This document shows, in pieces, positions 28,716-36,980 of a DNA stretch of 40,554 nt. Every line of letters begins with the position of its first letter. Within the stretch, counting starts at the first letter, position 1. A program made the position numbers and the translations under genes. A model generated the notes under the pieces. That model searched no databases. It had not been told where the DNA came from and saw only the letters and a program-made list of their open reading frames with translations. The DNA is from Acidobacteriota bacterium (GTDB lineage: Bacteria > Acidobacteriota > UBA6911 > JACQSX01), in assembly GCA_036507075.1 (NCBI GenBank), contig DASXQR010000133.1:1-40554 (forward strand). Reading direction: 5' to 3'.

Positions 28716-28995
28716 ATTCGGAATGCGGAATGCGAAAAGCGGAAAGCTGAAGGCAGAAAGCAGAAAGCGGAAAGCGGAAAGCGGAAAGCAGAAAGCAGAA
28801 AGCAGAAAGCAGAAAGCAGAAAGCAGAAAGCATAGCAACCCAGCAGAGCCGCCTACACTCCTAATTCCTCATTCCTCATTCCGCATTCCGCATTCCCCAT
28901 TCCGCATTCCGCATTCCCCATTCCCCATTCCCCATTCCCCATTCCGCCTTCCGCCCTCTGCCTTCCGCTTTCCGCCTTCCGCTTTCCGCCTTCCG
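28700..28995. repeat. Interleaved inverted heptamer arrays
   Basis: (GAATGCG)n then (GAAAGC[A/G])n, a short spacer, then (ATTCC[G/C/T]C)n and (CTTCCGC)n. Confidence 0.88.
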
Positions 28996-28998
28996 TTT

Positions 28999-29322
28999 TC
29001 AAGCGCCGCTGGTTGCGTCATCGAGCAATTGCAGAAATCGCCGATGGGTTTCCACGCTTATTAAGGCGCGCAGAACCAGCTTTCTTTCCGCCGCAGAGAA
29101 GTCGGATACCATCACGGCGATCCTGCGAAACACTTCGTCCCAGAACCGCTCTCCCGTCGATCCCTCCGCCTTCCACTGACTGGAATTCTCCACCACGGGC
29201 AGCACCAGTTCTTCAATGATTGCGGCAAAAAGATTCTCGATATCCTCCTCCATTGTTTCGGAGCCCAAACGCACTTTTTGCTTACCGATCTCGATTTCGA
29301 TCTCAGCCGGTTCTGTGTCCAT
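28999..29322 (-). CDS. Hypothetical small acidic helical protein
   Basis: Fills the spacer between the repeat and the permease; protein-like composition from ATG 29322 (MDTEPAEIEI...); no recognised motif. Confidence 0.5.
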   Translation of the reverse strand: MDTEPAEIEIEIGKQKVRLGSETMEEDIENLFAAIIEELVLPVVENSSQWKAEGSTGERFWDEVFRRIAVMVSDFSAAERKLVLRALISVETHRRFLQLLDDATSGA

Positions 29323-29456
29323 TTCTGATCTCACGCAGGGGAATGACCGCTTCGATATCCTCGCCGTCAGAATACCTTTTAACCACAAAGAAACAGGGAA
29401 CACAAAGAAGATGTGCGGTTTTATTTTCCCCCCAATTCTGTCATTATCCGTCGAAC

Positions 29457-30854
29457 ATGAACACAAAAGCGGAAGCAGTTGGCACGACAGGTGAAGCCAA
29501 ACTGATCCGAGGCCTCGGCTTATTTGATTCCACGATGATCATTGCGGGTTCAATGATCGGCTCCGGCATCTTCATCGTGTCAGCCGACATCAGCCGGACT
29601 GTGGGCCATCCATGGCTGTTGATCGGAGTCTGGGTGGTATCCGGCCTGATGACGGTGCTGGCGGCCCTCTCTTACGGGGAGTTGGCGGCGGCGATGCCCA
29701 GAGCGGGAGGCCAGTACGTTTATCTGCGCGAGGCGTTTTCGCCTTTGTTTGGATTTTTGTACGGCTGGACGCTGTTCACGGTGATCCAAACCGGAACCAT
29801 CGCGGCCGTCGCGGTCGCCTTCGGTAAATTTCTGGGGGTGTTTTGGCCCTGGGTTTCCAGCACCAATGTGTTGTTTTCCATTCCTCTGGGTTTCGCTGTT
29901 ATCAATTTCACGTCGTTGGTGCTGGTGGGGATCATCATTATCGTTCTTCTGACATGGGTTAACACCCAGGGTTTGCGAGCAGGAGCCACCGTCCAGAATA
30001 TTTTTACGGTGTGCAAGATCGGCTCGCTGCTGGGATTGGTTGTGGCCGGCATTTTTCTCGGCCGCACGGATAACTCGCCCGCCTATGCCCAGCCGGTGCA
30101 TTGGAACTTGAACCTGCTGGGGCTTTTTGGCGCGGCCATGGTGGGGGCGCTGTTTTCGGCCGATGCCTGGAACAACATTACTTTCACGGCCGGAGAAGTC
30201 ACCAATCCGCGAAGGAACCTGCCTCTCTCTCTGGCGCTCGGCACGTCGCTGGTGATCGCTCTCTATGTCCTGGCCAATGCGGCTTACCTGCGCACGCTTA
30301 GCTTTGACCAGATCGCTCACGCCCCCGAAGACCGCGTGGGAGCTCTGGCCTTCCAGGTGTTATTCGGGCCCGTGGGCCGCAGTCTTATATCGGGCGCAAT
30401 TCTGATTTCGACATTTGGCTGCATCAACGGCCTGATACTTTCCGGCGCCCGCGTCTATTACGCGATGGCGCAGGACAATCTGTTTTTCAAGAAAGCGGCC
30501 GAAGTTGAGCCCAAGCATCACACGCCCCGTTTTTCACTGTGGATCCAAGCGATCTGGACTTGCCTGCTGACCATGAGCGGAACGTATAACCAGTTGCTGG
30601 ACTATGTCATCTTCGCGGCGCTGCTGTTCTACGCGTTGACGATGACCGGAATTTTCACTCTTCGGTCCAGACGCCCCGACATGGAACGGCCGTACAAGGC
30701 GTTCGGCTATCCGGTCCTGACGCTGCTGTATATCGCGGCGGCGCTTGCAATCATGCTGTCCTTGCTGATCTACAAGACGAGTTTCAGCCTGCGAGGTCTG
30801 CTTATCGTTCTCACAGGTTTTCCTGTTTACTTTCTGTGGAAGAGGAAGCGCTGA
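29457..30854 (+). CDS. APC-family amino acid permease
   Basis: GSMIGSGIF, LSYGELAAAMPRAGGQYVYLRE, GEVTNPRRNLP, RVYYAMAQD, RPYKAFGYP; start placed at ATG 29457. Confidence 0.94.
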   Translation: MNTKAEAVGTTGEAKLIRGLGLFDSTMIIAGSMIGSGIFIVSADISRTVGHPWLLIGVWVVSGLMTVLAALSYGELAAAMPRAGGQYVYLREAFSPLFGFLYGWTLFTVIQTGTIAAVAVAFGKFLGVFWPWVSSTNVLFSIPLGFAVINFTSLVLVGIIIIVLLTWVNTQGLRAGATVQNIFTVCKIGSLLGLVVAGIFLGRTDNSPAYAQPVHWNLNLLGLFGAAMVGALFSADAWNNITFTAGEVTNPRRNLPLSLALGTSLVIALYVLANAAYLRTLSFDQIAHAPEDRVGALAFQVLFGPVGRSLISGAILISTFGCINGLILSGARVYYAMAQDNLFFKKAAEVEPKHHTPRFSLWIQAIWTCLLTMSGTYNQLLDYVIFAALLFYALTMTGIFTLRSRRPDMERPYKAFGYPVLTLLYIAAALAIMLSLLIYKTSFSLRGLLIVLTGFPVYFLWKRKR

Positions 30855-30874
30855 ATCTAAAATCGAAAGGTTAC

Positions 30875-30962
30875 GGGTTTTCTGGTTCCGGGTTTCGGGT
30901 TTTCTAGTTCGGAGTTTCGCGTCTTCTGGTTCCGGGTTTCGGGTTTTCTGGTTCCGAGTTTC
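30875..30962. repeat. Four tandem copies of a 22-bp unit
   Basis: Consensus GGGTTTTCTGGTTCCGGGTTTC, no spacers; short complementary AACCCGT array near 31001-31025. Confidence 0.85.
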
Positions 30963-31091
30963 GGGTTCCGACTTACCATCTGCCATGTGCCGAATCAAAG
31001 AACCCGTAACCCGTCAACCCGTAACTTTGAAGAACCCGTCGACCTTCGACTTTTGACCTTAGATTGAGACGTTTGACTTTCGGACGAAGAA

Positions 31092-32690
31092 ATGAACAAG
31101 CAGCGCTTGTGGAGAAAGTTCCAGAGATATCTTTACGCGGATGACGAGTTGGGAATAAGCATCGACATCAGCCGCATGGACTTTCGTGACGATTTTTTCG
31201 AGAAAATGAATTCGGCCATTATGAAGGCGTTTGCGGCCATGGACGAGCTGGAACGCGGCGCGATTGCCAATCGGGATGAAAATCGGATGGTGGGCCATTA
31301 CTGGCTGCGCAACAGCAGGCTGGCTCCTACGGCGGCGATACGCGCGCAGATCGATGAAAACCTCGCGCGCATCAGGAAGTTTGCCGCACAAGTGCACGCG
31401 GGAGAGATTCGAACCCCGGACGGTCAAAAATTTGCCCACATGTTGATAATTGGCATTGGCGGCAGCGCTCTGGGTCCGCAGTTTGTGTCCGATGCGCTGG
31501 GAAGCGCTTCGGATTCCATGGGGATTTCATTTTTTGACAATACCGATCCGGATGGAATGGATAAGGTGCTGGGTGAAATCGGATCTCTACTGCCACAGAC
31601 ATTGACGCTGGTGATTTCAAAATCAGGCTCTACCAAAGAAACGCGCAATGGAATGCTGGAAGCGTTTGCGGCTTACCGGTCCAGGGCGCTTCCATTCGAG
31701 CGGCACGCAGTCGCCGTGACGGGCGAGGGAAGCGAGTTGGATAAGGTCGCGCAGCACTGGCTGGCGCGTTTCCCGATGTGGGACTGGGTAGGTGGTCGCA
31801 CTTCGGAGCTGTCGGCGGTTGGTCTGTTGCCGGCAGCGCTGCAGGGACTTGACATTATCGCAATGCTGCGGGGCGCTGCGATGATGGATCAGGCTACCCG
31901 GCGCAAAGATGCGCTGCAGAATCCGTCGGCTCTGCTGGCGCTGATGTGGTATCACGCCACGGATGGCGCGGGCCGGAAGGATATGGTCATTCTCCCGTAT
32001 AAAGACAGGCTGCTGCTGTTCAGCCGGTATCTCCAGCAGCTTGTGATGGAGTCGCTGGGCAAGGGGAAAGACCTGCAGGGAAAACCGGTGCAGCAGGGAA
32101 TTGCGGTCTACGGGAACAAAGGCTCAACCGACCAGCACGCTTACGTGCAGCAGTTGCGGGAAGGAGTGCCAAATTTCTTTGTCACATTCATCGAAGTCTT
32201 AAAGGACCGGGAAGGCTCGTCCCTCGAAGTTGAAGAAGGCATTACTTCCGGTGATTATCTGAGCGGTTTTCTCGAGGGTACGGGAAGCGCCCTGTATGAA
32301 TACGGACGGCAGTCGATCACAATCACGCTCGATATGCTGGACGCTTCAAACGTGGGAAAGCTGATCGCGCTCTATGAAAGAGCGGTGGGGTTTTACGCCA
32401 CCCTTGTTAATATTAACGCCTACCACCAGCCGGGCGTTGAAGCGGGAAAGAAAGCGGCCGCCGCCGTCATCGATATTCAGAGGAAAGCGGTCGCATTCCT
32501 GCAAAACTCGGTGCGGGACCAAACCGTAGAAGAGATCGCGCAGGGTATAGGCTCGCCCGACGATGTTGAGACCGTGTTTAAAGTGATGCGCCACCTGGCC
32601 GCCAATCCCGATCGTGGCGTGATCCGCTCCGCGGGCGCCAAGAATCTCCAGTCAAAATACCGGTTCGAACGAACGCGGGTCAGGAATTGA
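31092..32690 (+). CDS. pgi: Glucose-6-phosphate isomerase
   Basis: [56 protein letters not shown]. Confidence 0.97.
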   Translation: MNKQRLWRKFQRYLYADDELGISIDISRMDFRDDFFEKMNSAIMKAFAAMDELERGAIANRDENRMVGHYWLRNSRLAPTAAIRAQIDENLARIRKFAAQVHAGEIRTPDGQKFAHMLIIGIGGSALGPQFVSDALGSASDSMGISFFDNTDPDGMDKVLGEIGSLLPQTLTLVISKSGSTKETRNGMLEAFAAYRSRALPFERHAVAVTGEGSELDKVAQHWLARFPMWDWVGGRTSELSAVGLLPAALQGLDIIAMLRGAAMMDQATRRKDALQNPSALLALMWYHATDGAGRKDMVILPYKDRLLLFSRYLQQLVMESLGKGKDLQGKPVQQGIAVYGNKGSTDQHAYVQQLREGVPNFFVTFIEVLKDREGSSLEVEEGITSGDYLSGFLEGTGSALYEYGRQSITITLDMLDASNVGKLIALYERAVGFYATLVNINAYHQPGVEAGKKAAAAVIDIQRKAVAFLQNSVRDQTVEEIAQGIGSPDDVETVFKVMRHLAANPDRGVIRSAGAKNLQSKYRFERTRVRN

Positions 32691-32717
32691 GCTGTGTTCA
32701 CGCAAGGCGAAAGTTTG

Positions 32718-32765
32718 GCTTGGTGTCTTGGTGGTTCAAATTTTTTTACCACCAGGACACCAAGC
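32718..32765. terminator. 18-bp hairpin between convergent genes (possible bidirectional terminator, nonamer-family palindrome)
   Basis: GCTTGGTGTCTTGGTGGT ... ACCACCAGGACACCAAGC. Confidence 0.6.
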
Positions 32766-32799
32766 TTCCGAACTTCGATAATGCAGAATCAAGCGCGGT

Positions 32800-33288
32800 T
32801 CAAGCAGTTCGTCGAAACCACATTTCCCACAGCGGCACGACGATATAGCATGTCAGCGAGACCGCCAGGCAACACTCTCCTGACAAAAGAACCCATCCCC
32901 AGTTTTCCGACCCGTATCGCATCAGCCAAGGACCGGCCAGCTCAAATAACATTCCGGCAAACGAAAGCAAAATCACTGTAACGCGGGCCCGGATGCTCCA
33001 GCTTACCATCAGGAAAATGTGGCCCAGGATCAGCATCACCACCGGCATGGAGAACAGATGAAAGTGTGTTGTTTGCAGCAGCTCGGCGTAGCTTTTTGGG
33101 AAAAGCATTCCTTCTTCCGCGCCGCGGTAGTAATCCACCATGCGCCGGTAGCTGAATTGCGTGTTCTGATGAAATATCAAGACACTTGTTATTGTTCCCA
33201 GGAGCATGAAGAACAAAAAGAGCGTAAGTACCAACCGGATCCCGACCGACGCCCTGCTGAGGGGGTAATCGAACGTGAAATATCTCAT
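32800..33288 (-). CDS. Four-TM membrane protein with His residues in one helix
   Basis: ATGA overlap with the apbE stop; THFHLFSMPVVMLILGH. Confidence 0.8.
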   Translation of the reverse strand: MRYFTFDYPLSRASVGIRLVLTLFLFFMLLGTITSVLIFHQNTQFSYRRMVDYYRGAEEGMLFPKSYAELLQTTHFHLFSMPVVMLILGHIFLMVSWSIRARVTVILLSFAGMLFELAGPWLMRYGSENWGWVLLSGECCLAVSLTCYIVVPLWEMWFRRTA

Positions 33289-34355
33289 CGCCCGCTCCCG
33301 ATCGTTGCGAGTGAAGCGGAGCTGAGGGGAAGATTTGCGGACTTGAAAACACGCCTTGCAGCGCCGCGGCCATCAACCAGGACCCATTCGATCGTCAGGT
33401 GGTGAAACGTTCTGACGCCTCGGCTGTGAAGTACCAGCACTGCGGTCGAATACGCGTCGGCCAGAGTGGCTGATCGGCAAACCACAGTGGCTGCGGCATC
33501 GGCTCTCACCGGCATGCCGTTTTGAGGGTCGAAGATATGAGAGACACGCCGGTTTCCAATTTTGATGAATTGCTCGTAGGAGCCGGATGTGGAAAGTCCC
33601 TGATCCTGCAGGACAAGCGTGGCAACGAGCTGATTTGGATCGGCCGGATCGCGCAACGCGACCTTCCAGGGGCCGCCCGACGGGCTGTTTCCCCACGCGT
33701 ACTGGCTGCTCTCCCCAAGATTGACGAATCCGCTTCCCACACCGCGCCCTTTCAGAACAGCCGCGACGCGATCGACGGCATAACCTTTTGCGATTCCATC
33801 AAATGTCAGCCTCATCCCGGCTGGAAGCTGGAAGCCAGGGGATCCGATTGGCGCAGTTGGTCCTCCTGCCCTGGGCGGAAGCGCAGCGGACACTCTTTCC
33901 ATGCCGATTCGCGCCAGGGCGGCACGCAGGGATTCGCGGGAAGGCCGCTTGCCGGCAGCGGCGCTCTTTTTCCAGCAGTCAATCAGAGGGAGAATCGAAG
34001 GATCAAAAGCGCCGTCAGTTTTCAGGAAGAGATCCATGGAGATTTGCGACAGCTCGATGATTTCAGGCGCCACGTTCACCGTTAAGCCACTTTTAGCATT
34101 GAGACGGCTCAGGTCGCTGGCGGGCTTGTAGAGGCTGAATATGCCGTCCAGCCGCCGGGCTTCACCAAAGGCCTGCGCAAAGAGCTCTGCATGAGCGGCA
34201 GCCGGCGCCTCCAGCGTGATCTCCATCAGAGTGCCCATGACGTATTCGGCACGAGTTCGATATTCGGCAAATAATGAGATTGTTGAAAGCAGAGAGATGG
34301 GAAGCGCGGCGAATAAATATCTATAGTACCGGCTCACACACTTACCGACTGCCAT
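33285..34355 (-). CDS. apbE: FAD:protein FMN transferase
   Basis: MGT, SDLSRLN, TDGAFDP, DGIAKGYAVD, STSGSYE, HIFDPQNG, ADAYSTA. Confidence 0.93.
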   Translation of the reverse strand: MAVGKCVSRYYRYLFAALPISLLSTISLFAEYRTRAEYVMGTLMEITLEAPAAAHAELFAQAFGEARRLDGIFSLYKPASDLSRLNAKSGLTVNVAPEIIELSQISMDLFLKTDGAFDPSILPLIDCWKKSAAAGKRPSRESLRAALARIGMERVSAALPPRAGGPTAPIGSPGFQLPAGMRLTFDGIAKGYAVDRVAAVLKGRGVGSGFVNLGESSQYAWGNSPSGGPWKVALRDPADPNQLVATLVLQDQGLSTSGSYEQFIKIGNRRVSHIFDPQNGMPVRADAAATVVCRSATLADAYSTAVLVLHSRGVRTFHHLTIEWVLVDGRGAARRVFKSANLPLSSASLATIGSGR

Positions 34356-34977
34356 GCCTGACGTCTGAAGAAACCTGCGTCGCCTGTTCTCCGAGGAACG
34401 CGGCTTCCACCACGGCGATGGCCTTTCGCACGCCCCGGCTCATGGCGCGCACCGACAGCGTCGCACCGGTGATATTCACGATATCCTGGTAGGGACGAAT
34501 AGGGTCGCGCAGCGTCTTACCCTGATACTGGGAAAGGAAGCCGTGAAAGCGCACCTGATCTCCCACCGGCTCACGGTATGCAATTACGGAAACCGCTTTA
34601 ACTTCTGCTTGCGGCGTCACTCCGGCAATGAAGGTAATCGGGCGGTGTTTGCCGATTTCTTCACAAACGACCGCGTATCCCAGCAGAGTTTCGTTGTGAT
34701 AGGCGATGAAAGTAAGGTAATAGGGTTCCCAGACGCTGGGAGTCTCGCGGCCCAGCGCCTGCTGGATGGATCTTCGCAGTAGTGGAGTGGAAGGAATTTG
34801 CCTTTGTTCGAAGCGGTTGGCCTCCGGAAAAACCGCAGCGGGCGCCTCGTCAAGCTTGAGAAAGGTGCGCGTTTGAAACTGTGCTGACACGGCGGCGCCC
34901 AGAACCACAAAGACACAATGGGCACAAAGAATTCTTCGAGTTCTTTGTGCCTTTGTGGTGAAAGTTTTTGGGAACAT
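34342..34977 (-). CDS. Exported FMN-binding domain protein (probable ApbE substrate)
   Basis: IGKHRPIT, YREPVG, FLSQYQGK, flavinylation motif ITGATLS; RBS TAAGGAAG. Confidence 0.9.
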   Translation of the reverse strand: MFPKTFTTKAQRTRRILCAHCVFVVLGAAVSAQFQTRTFLKLDEAPAAVFPEANRFEQRQIPSTPLLRRSIQQALGRETPSVWEPYYLTFIAYHNETLLGYAVVCEEIGKHRPITFIAGVTPQAEVKAVSVIAYREPVGDQVRFHGFLSQYQGKTLRDPIRPYQDIVNITGATLSVRAMSRGVRKAIAVVEAAFLGEQATQVSSDVRHGSR

Positions 34978-34987
34978 GCAATCTTCC

Positions 34988-36718
34988 TTAAAACCCCAGC
35001 GCCAAACCGAGGATAAAACTGTTGTAAGACCGGTCGGGTATCCTGCCGCTGCCAGGCAGCTCCGGCGTAATCAAGGTGCCGCCGGCACGCCGCCGATTAT
35101 GTTCCCATCCCATGTGTATCGGCATGGTTGTAACCGGGCGGTATGTCAGTCCCAGGGTGAAGCGTTCCTGGCTGAGATTCTGTTTTTGGAAACTGTCGAT
35201 CATCCCCTGCTTGAATTCCACTTCGTCAAAGAGCCCGTTGAACCAGATTCTTTCGTATCGAAAGATTGGGACGAGCTGTGGATTCTCAAATCGCTCGCCC
35301 AGAAATGTGCGGTTCAGGCGAGCGGGCCAGAATCGATATTTGAAGTCCACCCACAAGCCGTACCGCTGGTTTGTCATCGGCCCTTTTAGATCCACTTCCA
35401 CCTCGGCCTCCAGTTGCGATGTTTCCGTCGACAGCGTCTCCGCTCCGGAGTTCACCAGTTGCGCTGCAGCCTCGCGGATCACCGATTCCATCCGGCCAAA
35501 ATCGGAGTAGACAAATTCTCCCTCCGCCTCGAGTCGGCCCCTGGAGAATTTGCCGTCGACTGCCGCCGTGTTGATGGATTCCTTCACGGTCAAATAGTCA
35601 GGAGTGTAACGGCCGTGGTATCCGGAAAAGCCGATCTCGTTGCCGGGTCGGGGACTGTAAGCAAAACGAAACGCAGCGGCGTCGGCCTGGTTGGTTCCGT
35701 CAAACGGGCCGGACGCAAATTTGATTTCGGGTTCCAACTCCAGGAGATTTCTGCCGGCCCTGAAGGCGGTGGTTTGTTCGGTTGCAAAATCAAGCGTGGC
35801 GCCTCCCATGACGTAGGCCTGATAGTCGAAATACCCTTTGCCAACGGGCAGGCGGCCCACGATACCTGCGCCAAGGTCGCTCCAGGCGGCAGCGACCGGC
35901 AGCACTGGTCCTCCTTTACTCACCAACGGCCGGCGCGCCGTATCCCATCGGTCATCGTCATGATAGAGGTTGAATCGTCCCACCGGCGCCAGGATCACTC
36001 CCATGCGCGCGGCAAAATAGTCGCTGAAACTGTATTGTGCCCAGGCTTGCTCCATCTTGAGCTCGCTGCCGCTTCCTCCTTCCAGTTCCTGGACCAGGCG
36101 CGTGCCGGCACGGTTCCGCGAACCGCGGTTTTCCGGGAAGGCGGCACGCTCCAGTTCCAACTCACTGAATCGTTCGTATTCCAATTCTGAATAGAAGCGG
36201 AGCCGCTCGTGTAAGGTCGCGTCCGCCGTCAAGACCATGCGCCGGAAATCGAAGGCATCAAAACTGCGGCGTTGCGCCGGCAGCGAACCAATCCTGGGCG
36301 CAGCCCCTATAGAATTGCTTTCGTAGCGAAAAGAAGCGTAGCCACCGAGACGCAGAGAATCCGTTAACGGCGATTTCGCCTGGGTATCGGGGCCCGCGCC
36401 GGTCTGGTAAATACTGTGCTCATTTAGTGCTGGTGAGGCGGAAGTCGGGGACGGCGGCTGCTGGGAACTGCTTTTTGGCGCTCCGGCGCACTGCTTCGCT
36501 TGCGCGAGAGCCTGGACTTGCTTTTCAAGAAAATCGACCTGCCCCCGGAGCTCCTTTAGCTGCGACTGAAGTTCCTCCAGTGTCGGCTGGGATCCTGGAG
36601 ACGCCGGGAAGGGAGGCGGGTTCTCTGCGGCAGCAAAAGGAAAAGCCATTGCCAGAAGCGCGATGATGATAGATCCTAAAGTCTTGTTTATGTTCACTTT
36701 CAACCCTTTTCCAGCCAT
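34988..36718 (-). CDS. Outer-membrane beta-barrel / porin-like protein with an N-terminal coiled coil
   Basis: Signal peptide, LEELQSQLKELRGQVDFLEKQV coil, FDFRRMVL, ELEYE, EQAWAQY, PVGRFN..H, terminal LGLALGF; start 36718 or 36724 after AGGAG. Confidence 0.82.
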   Translation of the reverse strand: MAGKGLKVNINKTLGSIIIALLAMAFPFAAAENPPPFPASPGSQPTLEELQSQLKELRGQVDFLEKQVQALAQAKQCAGAPKSSSQQPPSPTSASPALNEHSIYQTGAGPDTQAKSPLTDSLRLGGYASFRYESNSIGAAPRIGSLPAQRRSFDAFDFRRMVLTADATLHERLRFYSELEYERFSELELERAAFPENRGSRNRAGTRLVQELEGGSGSELKMEQAWAQYSFSDYFAARMGVILAPVGRFNLYHDDDRWDTARRPLVSKGGPVLPVAAAWSDLGAGIVGRLPVGKGYFDYQAYVMGGATLDFATEQTTAFRAGRNLLELEPEIKFASGPFDGTNQADAAAFRFAYSPRPGNEIGFSGYHGRYTPDYLTVKESINTAAVDGKFSRGRLEAEGEFVYSDFGRMESVIREAAAQLVNSGAETLSTETSQLEAEVEVDLKGPMTNQRYGLWVDFKYRFWPARLNRTFLGERFENPQLVPIFRYERIWFNGLFDEVEFKQGMIDSFQKQNLSQERFTLGLTYRPVTTMPIHMGWEHNRRRAGGTLITPELPGSGRIPDRSYNSFILGLALGF

Positions 36719-36741
36719 GAACATCGTCTCCTGATCCACCC

Positions 36742-36766
36742 GATTTTGATATTCAATATCAAAATC
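36742..36766. promoter_or_regulatory. Fur-family operator
   Basis: Perfect 12-1-12 palindrome GATTTTGATATT-C-AATATCAAAATC; core TGATATT-n-AATATCA versus Fur 7-1-7 TGATAAT-n-ATTATCA. Confidence 0.8.
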
Positions 36767-36798
36767 AGTTTTGGCTGCAAGAAGAAAATGAAGCCGGG

Positions 36799-36936
36799 AC
36801 CGCAAAGGCGTGAAAGCGCGAAATGGATAAAGTTCCCTGACTAACCAATTGGAACTAAACACGGAAATGTCTGCGGTTCTGGCCACGCAGAAAAACTAGA
36901 GCAATTCTGGGTTTCGCGCTTTTGCGCCTTCGCGGT
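36799..36936. repeat. Nonamer-unit palindromic element (CGCAAAG-type)
   Basis: ACCGCAAAGGCGTGAAAGCGCGAAA ... TTTCGCGCTTTTGCGCCTTCGCGGT. Confidence 0.75.
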
Positions 36937-36980
36937 GGATTTTTTCACGAGTTCTCAGGGTCCCGCCGGGGCGTTAACTC

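Noticed and set aside
28455..29064. ORFs 28455-28838, 28543-28833 and 28702-29064 (similarly 10486-10809, 10700-11116, 30534-30998)
   Set aside because: Low-complexity translations of stop-free repeat arrays (FRIPHS, LSAFC, KAESR, ETRN).
30875..30962. Possible CRISPR array
   Set aside because: The 22-bp units are directly adjacent with no unique spacers, and there are no cas genes in the window.
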